Positions 7,372 through 16,683 of a stretch of 26,741 nucleotides of DNA are shown one piece after another. The stretch covers positions 1 to 26,741 of the IMG/VR virus record IMGVR_UViG_3300025141_000614; one strand, given 5' to 3'. Made by a program: the position numbers and the translations under genes. The notes beneath the pieces are model-generated. The model was not told the DNA's origin. It did no database searches and saw only the letters and a list, made by a program, of their open reading frames with translations. How positions within the stretch are numbered: position 1 is the stretch's first letter; each line of letters begins with the position of its first letter. This stretch comes from a virus (Duplodnaviria > Caudoviricetes).

Positions 7372-9755
7372 TGGCGAGTAATTTGCAGTCGCTTGTTATA
7401 CGTGCTCCAGGAATGTACGGGTTAAACTCGGAAGGAGAGACTTATGCAGATGCTCCTGTTTTTGCTGAAGTAGCAGAAAATATCGCTTACGATTCTTCAG
7501 GAAGATTAACAAATAGAAAAGGATTTAATGCCTTAACTACTACAGCTAATCGGATAGGAAGAACGGCTCTTGGTTCTGATCCAATAGCAACAGCTATAAA
7601 TAATACCGTAGCCACAAGTGCAGTTAATACCAGTACTAATCGTATTACAATTAGTAGCCACGGTTATAGTACGACGGCGGCAGTTGTTTACTATAGTAAG
7701 GGAGGAACAGTTCTTAGTCCTCTAGTTAATGGAACAACTTATTATGTTATTTCTGTAGACTCTAACACAATTAGTTTGGCGACGAGTTCTTCTGATGCTA
7801 CTGCTGGTACTGTTATTAGCTTAACTGGTACGGGGAATAATAGCCAACAGATTGGGGCTAATCAACCTGCTAGAATAACGATTACTCACTCCTCACACGG
7901 CGCATCTTCTGGAGATTATGTTACACTTAGTGGGGCAACCGCTACCGGAGGTATTACCGCCGCACAAATAAATATACGAAAAAAAATAATAAAAGTAGAC
8001 GCAAATAGTTATACTTTCTACAGCGATGGAGAGGCAACTTCTGCGGCATCTGGCGGTGGTTCAAGTGTTATTGCTTTCTTAGAGCCAACCATCGACCAGT
8101 TATTTATGTTTAAAAGGAATGATGGAAATGATTATTTAATTTCTGTCGCTAATAATAAAATTTACGAATCTGCGGGAACTGCGTTTAATAGCCCAACAGA
8201 TAGGACAGGATCTCTAAGTTTTACTACAACTGCACTACAGTTTGTGACATTTAATAACAAGTGTGTTGCCGCTATACCAGGACAAACGATGGCAGTTTCT
8301 TCTGGTGCGGGAAATTTCGCGGCAATCTCTGCGGCAGTAAAAGACTATACAGTCACTACCTCCTTAGTTAATATAAAAGATAATACGATTGTTCTAGGGA
8401 CACATGATTTAAAAACAGGGGATATGGTTGAGTACGAGGATAGTGGAGGAACTGTTCTTGGGGGTTTATCTGCGGATACTATATATTACGTCATTAAAGT
8501 AGATGAATTTCGGATTAAATTAGCGACAACAAACGCCAATGCCGTTAATGGGACGGAGATAGACTTAACGGGTACAGGGAATAATTCACAAAAACTAGAA
8601 GAATTAACCGCAGTTGCTACTGTTCCTACTGGGGGAGTAGTACACTCTGCTTTCGGTAGACTCTGGGCACAAAAATCTACAAGCACGACAGGTAAGAATA
8701 TAATTTCATACTCTCGTCTACTTGATGAAACTAACTGGGGATATACCTATGGCGGGGAGATAGATCTAACAGCCAACTTTGCGGCTATTGCAGGGGGTTA
8801 TGATGATCTAGTTGCGATTAGTTCTTTCGACAATTATCTTGTTGCTTTTCTTAGAAACAATATCATTTTATATAGCAACCCAGACGATCCTTTTAATCTA
8901 GCTATTGAGCAGATTATTACGGGTGTAGGGTGTATAGCAAGAGACAGTGTTCAGAATATAGGTAATGATATTTATTTCTTATCTGCTACTGGAGTACGGT
9001 CATTACGGCAAAGTATCTACGCGGGAAATAAAGCAGAATTAAGAGACATCTCTACGTTAGTTCGCAGAAATTTTTTAGTAGACGTAGCCTCTTCAGAAGC
9101 GGCGTTACCTCAGATTAAATCTAATTACGACCCAGAAGAAGGGCAGTATTGGTTAAAGTCTCCTAATGGAGATATTTGGGTGTTTGATATGCACTCACTT
9201 GACCCACAAGCCCCAATAAGAATTACAAAGTACACAGATACGTTATGGGATAGTTTTACTTATAACGAAGGGGAGACTTATATTGGTTCTTGTGGAATGG
9301 TGGGTAAGTATAGTGGGTATAGTGATGATGCTCCTACAGATAGCGGAACTTATTCTTGTATATGGCGGTCTAATCCGGTAGATTTTGGTTCCTCTAAACT
9401 TAAAGTCTTAAAAAAGATAACTGCGGCACTGATAGGAAATACTACAGATAATGTAGCGATCACGTATGCCTTTACAGAGGGCGGTTCTGGAGAAGTAAGT
9501 TTTACTTTAGGTAATGAAAGAGGAAACTCTAGGGGAACAGGAGATACCGCATCTGGAGCACAAGGAAAATGGGGAACCTCTGAATGGAATGTCGCTGAAT
9601 GGGGTGGGGGATCAGAGACAGTATATAATTTAAGCTCCTCTGTTCAACATTCAGGTAGAGCACTGAAACTAGGAAGTCGTTTTACATCAAATGGGTTTAG
9701 AATTGCAATAGAGCAATTTTCTTTGTTCGTCAAATTAGGGCGAGAAGGTAGATAA
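7371..9755 (+). CDS. Tail nozzle (tubular protein B / P22 gp10-like) with inserted beta-domains
   Basis: ATG 7371 in a TAATG overlap; APG-YGLN N-terminus, SAFGRLW, GVGCIARDSVQ-IG-DIYFLS-TGVRSL propeller motifs. Confidence 0.8.
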   Translation: MASNLQSLVIRAPGMYGLNSEGETYADAPVFAEVAENIAYDSSGRLTNRKGFNALTTTANRIGRTALGSDPIATAINNTVATSAVNTSTNRITISSHGYSTTAAVVYYSKGGTVLSPLVNGTTYYVISVDSNTISLATSSSDATAGTVISLTGTGNNSQQIGANQPARITITHSSHGASSGDYVTLSGATATGGITAAQINIRKKIIKVDANSYTFYSDGEATSAASGGGSSVIAFLEPTIDQLFMFKRNDGNDYLISVANNKIYESAGTAFNSPTDRTGSLSFTTTALQFVTFNNKCVAAIPGQTMAVSSGAGNFAAISAAVKDYTVTTSLVNIKDNTIVLGTHDLKTGDMVEYEDSGGTVLGGLSADTIYYVIKVDEFRIKLATTNANAVNGTEIDLTGTGNNSQKLEELTAVATVPTGGVVHSAFGRLWAQKSTSTTGKNIISYSRLLDETNWGYTYGGEIDLTANFAAIAGGYDDLVAISSFDNYLVAFLRNNIILYSNPDDPFNLAIEQIITGVGCIARDSVQNIGNDIYFLSATGVRSLRQSIYAGNKAELRDISTLVRRNFLVDVASSEAALPQIKSNYDPEEGQYWLKSPNGDIWVFDMHSLDPQAPIRITKYTDTLWDSFTYNEGETYIGSCGMVGKYSGYSDDAPTDSGTYSCIWRSNPVDFGSSKLKVLKKITAALIGNTTDNVAITYAFTEGGSGEVSFTLGNERGNSRGTGDTASGAQGKWGTSEWNVAEWGGGSETVYNLSSSVQHSGRALKLGSRFTSNGFRIAIEQFSLFVKLGREGR
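7602..8596 (+). repeat. Two diverged copies of an ~83-aa domain (~7602-7853 and ~8346-8596)
   Basis: Shared H-(GY/DL)-T, V-Y, GGTVL--L, T-YYVI-VD, I-LAT, I-LTGTGNNSQ; DNA similarity still visible (ggaggaac-gttctt; ttaac-ggtac-gggaataat). Confidence 0.85.
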
Positions 9756-9757
9756 GA

Positions 9758-10417
9758 ATGTCTAATTATACTAGAGTAGAAAATTTTACAGCCAAAGATA
9801 GTCTCGAATCTGGTGATGCAGAGAAGATCATTTCTGGGGCTGATATAGATTCAGAATTTAATGCGATAGCAACTGCCATTGCAACAAAAGAAGATACTGG
9901 TGGAGTTATTCCTTCAGGAACAAAAATGTTATTTGTTACCTCTTCTGCTCCTACGGGGTGGACTCTGGTTACTACTTATGATGATGTCGTACCTATTATT
10001 CAAAATGCCGCTAGTATAGCTACAGGAGGTAATTGGACAATCGGAACGTCTACTCTTGCAGGTGCGTCGGCATCTCACACACACACTTATAATCACACAC
10101 ACGGCGTAGGTAATCACGTTCACGCTATAAATAATCATACTCACAGTGACGGTAATTATTCTATTAGTTTAACCAATGGGATTAATACTGGTGGCGGAGG
10201 TCAATACGGAAGTAACTCTTCTAGTATTAGTGTAAGTGGTAATTCCGGTAATCCTAATAACTTACCCAATACAGACAACCCCGCAAGCGGTAATACAAGT
10301 AATCCAAATTCTGCAACAACCGGATCAACGACAAGTAATGTTGTCCTTAGTGGTAATGCGGTAGACGGTAATTGGCGACCAGCATATCTTAATACAGTAA
10401 TTTGTTCAAAGAACTAA
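9758..10417 (+). CDS. Short tail fibre/needle with collar-like segment and HxH motifs
   Basis: MSNYT--NF-AKDSL...EFNAIATAIATK anchor, PSGTKMLF---APTGW collar-like segment, four HxH motifs, C-terminal PAYLNTVIC. Confidence 0.75.
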   Translation: MSNYTRVENFTAKDSLESGDAEKIISGADIDSEFNAIATAIATKEDTGGVIPSGTKMLFVTSSAPTGWTLVTTYDDVVPIIQNAASIATGGNWTIGTSTLAGASASHTHTYNHTHGVGNHVHAINNHTHSDGNYSISLTNGINTGGGGQYGSNSSSISVSGNSGNPNNLPNTDNPASGNTSNPNSATTGSTTSNVVLSGNAVDGNWRPAYLNTVICSKN

Positions 10418-10824
10418 TGCAGACCAATATACTAACAGAGAAAAAATATAAGAACGCCTTTAATTGTAAGCGGTGCCCTCAAACATCTAACGAGTCAGGT
10501 TGTCCTGCTTGGTGGGAACAGATGTGGACAGATCAGGCAACAGGGGAACAAGCATTAAATAAAGGTTGTGGTTTCTTTATGGCCCAGGCGGTAATTGTTT
10601 CTTCGGCAAATGAAGCGCGAAGACCTGCGGCAGAAATAAGTGCAATGCGCGAAGAAATAAAGGACGGCGTTCAACGAGCAACTACTGCTGTCTTAGAGTT
10701 TTATAAACAAAAAGCGATGTCCTCTAGCCCAGAAGATGTAGGGGGACATTACCAACAGGAATTTATTTTGGGAAATGGATATAACGATCCCAACGCTAGT
10801 ATGGAGAGAAAAGATGGCAAATAG
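10417..10824 (+). CDS. Four-cysteine tail-fibre-associated protein
   Basis: ATG 10417 in a TAATG overlap with the fibre stop; C-x2-C-x8-C-x21-C followed by a helical region. Confidence 0.65.
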   Translation: MQTNILTEKKYKNAFNCKRCPQTSNESGCPAWWEQMWTDQATGEQALNKGCGFFMAQAVIVSSANEARRPAAEISAMREEIKDGVQRATTAVLEFYKQKAMSSSPEDVGGHYQQEFILGNGYNDPNASMERKDGK

Positions 10825-11935
10825 TTTTAACTTAGGCGACTTTGCTAAATTCGGTAGAGGTGGAGATGATACGATAGCTCACGTAGCAACAGGAGAACGT
10901 GTTATCCCCAGAGGAATACTTGATAGTAGTCTAACAAAAAAGATTAATGCTCGTATGGAAGCTATGGGATTAGATCCAGAAAGGTATATAGTCGGTAACG
11001 AAAATAACTCTATAAACCCACACACACAACAACCAGAGTTCGGGTTTCTTCCGTCATCGGGTAAGAAGAGGTATCTTCGGTATTGGCAAGACGATTATAG
11101 AGCCAAGATAGATCCACTAAAGTATGCGACTACTACGTATCAAGGGCCATTTGGAACAACTACTGTGGGGCCTGGAGGAATTAGCGTAGACCCGTCTAAA
11201 GATCAATTAGCTGTTTCAGGACAATTCCAAACTTTAGGCGATAGTTTATTACGGCACATTAACCGTCAGGGTTTTAAACGGGATGCTGCTGCTAGGAGAC
11301 TTATGAGGGGGTACGAGCAAGATCCCAGAAGTCGTCAAGATTACGAAACACTTTATACTGCGGGTTTGGGGGATATGGATGCGATGATGGCCGGAAGAGA
11401 TGAAAGCAGTAGTGGTAGTCTCCTCGGAAGATTGGGGGGCGGTACTGCTAGCGAGAACATCTTAGGTGCTAGGAGGAGAAGTGATTTACTTGCTAGACAA
11501 GCATTACGGACGGGCGCAGTAAGCGCAGGTAATCGGCAGTACGAAGCAGGTAGACAAGCATTAGCGGCTTTATTGGGGCAATCAGATGCGCTCCGTACAT
11601 CAGGACAGCAACGTACTCTTAGGGATATTGCTGCCTTACAAGGAATTAGATCTTCTCAATTCGCTCCGCTACAATTAGCTAGTAGTGGTGTACAACCAGC
11701 ATTAGGTTTGGCAGGAGCATTAACTGGGTTTGATGTCGGTAAGGTTCAGGCTTGGGGTGAGGCTGGATTGCCATACGCTTCAGCAAAAGCTCAAGGTAGT
11801 CCTGGGATATTGGGTACATTAGCAGGGGCAGTTGCTCCAGCGGTAGGGGCTTACTTCGGTGCGGGAGGCGGTCTGCCAAGTTTCTCAAACCCCTTTGGTG
11901 GTGGCGGTGGTAGTGGTATGGGGCTACCAGTCTAG
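10814..11935 (+). CDS. Internal virion/ejection protein with N-terminal GR-GD...SINP-T--PEF domain
   Basis: ATG 10814 after GGAGAG; Gly/Ala/Gln-rich helical body with hydrophobic glycine-rich C-terminus. Confidence 0.65.
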   Translation: MANSFNLGDFAKFGRGGDDTIAHVATGERVIPRGILDSSLTKKINARMEAMGLDPERYIVGNENNSINPHTQQPEFGFLPSSGKKRYLRYWQDDYRAKIDPLKYATTTYQGPFGTTTVGPGGISVDPSKDQLAVSGQFQTLGDSLLRHINRQGFKRDAAARRLMRGYEQDPRSRQDYETLYTAGLGDMDAMMAGRDESSSGSLLGRLGGGTASENILGARRRSDLLARQALRTGAVSAGNRQYEAGRQALAALLGQSDALRTSGQQRTLRDIAALQGIRSSQFAPLQLASSGVQPALGLAGALTGFDVGKVQAWGEAGLPYASAKAQGSPGILGTLAGAVAPAVGAYFGAGGGLPSFSNPFGGGGGSGMGLPV

Positions 11936-11980
11936 TTCGCGTCTGACAACTACCGTAATAGTTTAAAAGGAGAATGACAA

Positions 11981-12874
11981 ATGGCATGGCGACCGTTAGC
12001 ACAACCACAACTACCTGACTTTTATCGAACAGAGTTAGCTAATCAACAGCTACTCGGTAACGCTCTGAAAGAAGGTTTTAATTTAATAACCCACAAAGTA
12101 ATAGAGAATGATCTTGCTGAGAGGTACGGCCCCAATTTATATTCTCCAGAAGCCTTACAAGAGCGGGTAGTTAAGTACTCGATGATTAACCCAGAACTAG
12201 CAAAAATGTTTTCTAACCAACTGTATACCTCGGAACTTGCAAAAAAAACCCTACAGACGGCAAAAGAATCAAAAGAGTATAAAGATGAGCGTCAGGCAGC
12301 AGGTCTTCTAACTAATATAAATGCCACTAATAGTCAGCGACTACAAATAAATAATGCAATCGCTCGGGCGGAACAAAATAAAAGTACTTGGCTAGCTAAT
12401 CCAGTTAATCAGGCCCAAAAAGGAAGTGATGCGTATAATGCAGAGATAGCTACTTTTGATAAGCAAATTAACGCTTTTCGGAATCAGTTTAAACTATTGG
12501 ATACTACTTTGGACAAGTTTGTAAATCAATATGAGAGGCTAACGGGTACTCCATTTGCTCTAGATGATTTTACCGTTGACGATATATACACAGGACAATC
12601 GTTGGGCGAAACGAAGGGGAGTACTGAGGATGATGTAGATAAGATATTTAATCTAAATGGTAAGGAACCTCCAGAAACAGGGGAAGGAGACGAAGAAGAA
12701 GATAGTGGCCCTGGGTTTTTCGGGAGGCTATTCAACGAATCACGAGCGAAGGAGCAGTTGAGGAAGGACTTGTGGGCGCAAGTTCGAGAAGATTGGAATC
12801 CAGAACTTAAAGAACAGTTTGGCAATAAGTATAAGTATTTTGCTGCTCTATACAAACAGGCAACTGCCGAATGA
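11981..12874 (+). CDS. Putative internal virion/ejection protein
   Basis: AAGGAG SD; helical and coiled-coil rich; middle gene of a three-gene set; ATGA overlap with the next gene. Confidence 0.6.
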   Translation: MAWRPLAQPQLPDFYRTELANQQLLGNALKEGFNLITHKVIENDLAERYGPNLYSPEALQERVVKYSMINPELAKMFSNQLYTSELAKKTLQTAKESKEYKDERQAAGLLTNINATNSQRLQINNAIARAEQNKSTWLANPVNQAQKGSDAYNAEIATFDKQINAFRNQFKLLDTTLDKFVNQYERLTGTPFALDDFTVDDIYTGQSLGETKGSTEDDVDKIFNLNGKEPPETGEGDEEEDSGPGFFGRLFNESRAKEQLRKDLWAQVREDWNPELKEQFGNKYKYFAALYKQATAE

Positions 12875-15800
12875 CCACCTACCAAGGGTTACAGAACGAT
12901 AACCAGTTCATAAACTCTGGGATTAAAACATTAAGGTTACTTGACCGTCTTCCCGATATGAAGATGGAAAATACCCCAGAGTATCGAAGGGCAGTTGTCG
13001 ACCAACTCTTAGAGGAAAAAAGGTGGGGAGGATTAGCGACAGAAACAACGGGTATGAACCTAACCTCTGTCCTAAGACAAGGACGGGCTTTTTCAGACGC
13101 AACTCCAGAACAGGCGCGACACTTGTTTTATGTTGGGAATCAGATACAAAAGCTACCTAATCTTTTTGAGGAGGGTGCTCCACCAGCATTTGAAAACATT
13201 AAGGAGCACGTTGCGGGGGCAGCAAGCGATCCAGTTAATTTACTTGGGGCGTTTATGGGCTTCCAGACGGCGGGGGCTTCCGGTGCGGCGGCTCTTGCGA
13301 CTAGGCAAGCGGCACAAAGAGGTGTTGCTAAGTATATCGCCAACCGAGCTAAACTTGCTTTCCAGAAACCAGTACTAAAAGCCTTTGCAGTCGAGTCAGC
13401 AATTACTGGTGCTGGCGGTACAGCGAAGTCCTTATCCCAACAGACAGACAGAATAGGTTTAAACTTCCAAAAAGAATTAGATCTAGGGGATGCTTTATTT
13501 GTTGGAGCAATGGAAGGGCCATTAGCTGTCGGTTTCGGAGGGAGTTTTAATACTGCGGTAGGGGCACTTTCTCGTTCTATAGATAATAGTGTTGGGGATA
13601 CGGCTGCTGCTCAGTGGATGAAGAATAATCTTCTACCTAAATCTTACAGGGACGAAACTTCTACACACATTTTAGAGGAAGTTCAGGGGATTAGTTCCGA
13701 ATTTAATCATCGCGCTCAAGTCGCTGCTAGAGATCTAGAACGTAGTATTAATAAAAATACAACCAAGGATAATAGAGACGGGGTTATTCGGGATGTTATG
13801 TCTGTTTTGCGAGGAGATCGTAAATTAGGTCACCCTAACAGAGATCATTACCCCTTTTATCGTCCTAGAGGAGTGTATAATAAACTCCACTCAGAGATAC
13901 AAAAAGCTACTGACACAGCTAGTACAGTTATTAAAGATGCTAGAAGTCACGCCGCTAATCTACCTAATGTATCTCCAGGGTTTCGCCAGATATTTGACAG
14001 TCCAACATGGCTTAAAGACGGTTATGCTAGATTAGTTTACGAAGTCTTTTCTGTTAATAAACGGGCTGTACCCTTTGATAAATTTTTAGACAAGAATCCA
14101 GAAGTTATAGACGAGCTAATTTCTGCGGTAAGGCAACCCAAAGGGGATCGAAAGAAAACATGGTTTGCTTCTCTGAAGGAAAAGTATCCTCACTACACCC
14201 AAGGCTTAACGAGATCAAGTTTTACTGGAAAGAACGCGCGGGAGAACGCAAGGATACTCGCACAGAGAATGTACCAACCCCAGAAGGGTCGCTTTAAATT
14301 AAGTGCAAATGTCTCAGAGAGTTTAGAGGCTATCCCCGCAGTCCAAAGAAGAATCTGGGGAGAAAATTACAGCGCATCGCAGAGTGTTGTCGAGTCTGTT
14401 GCGGGAATAATGAACTCCGTAGAGAAGGCTTACTTCGCCCAGAATCTACAGAAGAGTTTAGCGGGAAGGGGTCAGGCGGTTCGAGCGGCTTCTACACTAC
14501 AAGCACGAGCGATTATAAACAAGACCAGAAAGGAACAGGGACTAGACCCGCTACCTACTACAGACGACATAGTTAGGGTTATTGGAACAGAGAATCAGGG
14601 CGCATTGATTCCTTTTGATAAACCCAATAATCTTTTTGTTCCTACAAACACTAAAGATAAAGCTAGTCGGGCTTATTACACTACTAAGGAGGTACAAGAT
14701 AGATTAGCTCCGGTAATAAGGGAGTTTGATAAGTACCAACCTTTATTTAATAGTGAGGTTGCTGAAAGCATTGCGCGAGGATCTGCACGAGTACAAGGAA
14801 CGCTCAAAGTAGGTAAGACGGTATTATCTCCTGTAGCTATTCTTAGAAACGCTAGGGGTGCGATTGGTAGTGTTTTATCTGGGAACCCTTATCAGTGGCT
14901 ACCAGAAGTAACTAAGGCAATTTTTAAAATGAGTCCCGCAGAAAGGCGAGAACTAACTTCTCTAGTGCGTACTCTGGGGGTAACAGGGCAGTCTATAGAC
15001 ATCGGGCAAATGCTAACTAGATTGGGGAGAGATATAAACGAAACTCCAGGTCTTATAGAAAAGGTGGGTACTTTCGGTGTCGGGGCGTTCCCCAAGTTAT
15101 ATAGAAATTTTATGGGTTTTTACGGTGGGACAGACGACTTCTTTAAGATGATAACCTTCTTAGCAGAGTTTGGGAAACAGAGACAAATTTGGAAGGAGAT
15201 GGCACCAGAACAACGTACCGCATATTTGAATAATTGGCAGAACGAGTTGGGGAGGACTTTATCCCCCAATCAGCTTTTCGCCCACGCCTCGGCTATAAAG
15301 ACTAAGCGGGTTATGCCGATCTATTCTAGAGTTCCGCGAATTACAGAACACAAGCTAACAAGAAGTATTCCTGTAATCGGTAATTTCTCAGCGTACCCTT
15401 CAGAAAACTTTCGTAATGTAAGTAATGTTTTCCGCCTTGGTGGAGAAGAGATGGCGGAGGGGTTTGCTTTAGGTAACGCCCCGCTTGTTCGTAGTGGTGT
15501 GTCTAGATTACTGGGTATTTCTGCAATAGCGTCTGCACCGTACATTACCGCTCAAATGGTAGCAGAGGCAAATGGTACAGAATCTATGCTAGAAGTGTTA
15601 AGGGATTTTGTACCTCCTTGGGATAGAAATGGGGCGTTAGTGTTAGTAAGTGACCCTAAAGACGATGAACTGAAGTACATTAATCTGAGTTATTCTAACC
15701 CCCACCAACCTTTTCTAGAAACCGTTATGCCTCTTATAGTTGCTCTTGGTAACGGGGACGACTCTGAAACAGCGATACAAGACGGGATACTAACTGCGGC

Positions 15801-16674
15801 TAAGAGTTTTGTATCGCCGTACACAGACCCCTCTATGACCCTACAAGCGGCAAACTATTTAATTAAGGGGGGCGATAATCCTGCAAACCTAGCAAACTTT
15901 TATAAGATACTCCAGCCAGGATTTGTTAAGTTCGGGTTAGATACAGCACAAAAGATGGGAGCACTGAAGGGGCGAGATAGAGTACTCGGATTAGATCTAA
16001 CTCCGAATGATATAGAACGAGCACTCTATCCGAAATTCTTTAACGAGGCTAGGAAACCCCCACAAACTATCGGAGAGTTAGGGGATATTCTCTACAAACA
16101 AGGGCTTAATCCTGGGGCATTTACTACCAGAACAATTAACAAACGAACTTCTATTGGGTTTGCTGCCAGAGAGATAAACGCGAACCATGATAAAAGTATG
16201 TCCAAGATAAAGTCTACGCTATTACAAGGAATACTGGACATATCAGACCCCCTAGAGCTTGGATCTGACCAAATGAACATCTGGTTTGGGGAGGTAGATG
16301 ATGCGTACCAAGTAGACTTCGCTCACCAAAAAGCGTTTAGGGATTTATACCAAGACGCAGTAACACTTTATGCGGGTGACGAAAGGAGGGTGCGTCGGAT
16401 ATTCTTCGGGCCTAATTTAAAAGGAGTTCTTCCGCGAGAAGATGTCCGTAAAATGATGACAGTTCCCGACGAAAGAAACCCTGTTTACCTTCCTCCAAAA
16501 GATTTTTTTACAAAACAAGACTACGAGAAATTTGTTTTAGGGATTAGGAACCTCCCAGAGAATGTAAAAAGAGAAAAACGAACATTACTTAGAGAAGCGA
16601 CGAGGGGTGTTTACGAAATACGAAAAGATTATATAGGGAGAAGTCTACTAGAATCACCATCACAAGACTTATGA
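12871..16674 (+). CDS. Large internal virion/ejection protein (positional analogue of T7 gp16)
   Basis: 1267 aa, mostly helical, Ala/Gly hydrophobic segments near the N-terminus, last large gene of the structural arm; no catalytic motif recognised. Confidence 0.7.
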   Translation: MTTYQGLQNDNQFINSGIKTLRLLDRLPDMKMENTPEYRRAVVDQLLEEKRWGGLATETTGMNLTSVLRQGRAFSDATPEQARHLFYVGNQIQKLPNLFEEGAPPAFENIKEHVAGAASDPVNLLGAFMGFQTAGASGAAALATRQAAQRGVAKYIANRAKLAFQKPVLKAFAVESAITGAGGTAKSLSQQTDRIGLNFQKELDLGDALFVGAMEGPLAVGFGGSFNTAVGALSRSIDNSVGDTAAAQWMKNNLLPKSYRDETSTHILEEVQGISSEFNHRAQVAARDLERSINKNTTKDNRDGVIRDVMSVLRGDRKLGHPNRDHYPFYRPRGVYNKLHSEIQKATDTASTVIKDARSHAANLPNVSPGFRQIFDSPTWLKDGYARLVYEVFSVNKRAVPFDKFLDKNPEVIDELISAVRQPKGDRKKTWFASLKEKYPHYTQGLTRSSFTGKNARENARILAQRMYQPQKGRFKLSANVSESLEAIPAVQRRIWGENYSASQSVVESVAGIMNSVEKAYFAQNLQKSLAGRGQAVRAASTLQARAIINKTRKEQGLDPLPTTDDIVRVIGTENQGALIPFDKPNNLFVPTNTKDKASRAYYTTKEVQDRLAPVIREFDKYQPLFNSEVAESIARGSARVQGTLKVGKTVLSPVAILRNARGAIGSVLSGNPYQWLPEVTKAIFKMSPAERRELTSLVRTLGVTGQSIDIGQMLTRLGRDINETPGLIEKVGTFGVGAFPKLYRNFMGFYGGTDDFFKMITFLAEFGKQRQIWKEMAPEQRTAYLNNWQNELGRTLSPNQLFAHASAIKTKRVMPIYSRVPRITEHKLTRSIPVIGNFSAYPSENFRNVSNVFRLGGEEMAEGFALGNAPLVRSGVSRLLGISAIASAPYITAQMVAEANGTESMLEVLRDFVPPWDRNGALVLVSDPKDDELKYINLSYSNPHQPFLETVMPLIVALGNGDDSETAIQDGILTAAKSFVSPYTDPSMTLQAANYLIKGGDNPANLANFYKILQPGFVKFGLDTAQKMGALKGRDRVLGLDLTPNDIERALYPKFFNEARKPPQTIGELGDILYKQGLNPGAFTTRTINKRTSIGFAAREINANHDKSMSKIKSTLLQGILDISDPLELGSDQMNIWFGEVDDAYQVDFAHQKAFRDLYQDAVTLYAGDERRVRRIFFGPNLKGVLPREDVRKMMTVPDERNPVYLPPKDFFTKQDYEKFVLGIRNLPENVKREKRTLLREATRGVYEIRKDYIGRSLLESPSQDL

Positions 16675-16683
16675 GGGATAAAT

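Noticed and set aside
7602-8596. Repeat pair as a diversity-generating retroelement TR/VR
   Set aside because: Both copies are in-frame coding domains, differences are not adenine-specific, and there is no reverse transcriptase in the window.
11936-11980. Short hairpin AACTA-ccgtaa-TAGTT between ejection genes
   Set aside because: 5-bp AT-rich stem with no U-tract; compatible with chance.
389-16280. Many short minus-strand or alternative-frame ORFs within the structural arm
   Set aside because: They overlap motif-supported + strand genes and have no independent evidence.
12871-16674. Virion RNA polymerase or lytic transglycosylase in the 1267-aa protein
   Set aside because: No DxDGD, single-subunit RNAP or transglycosylase motifs recognised by eye; a profile search would be needed to exclude them.
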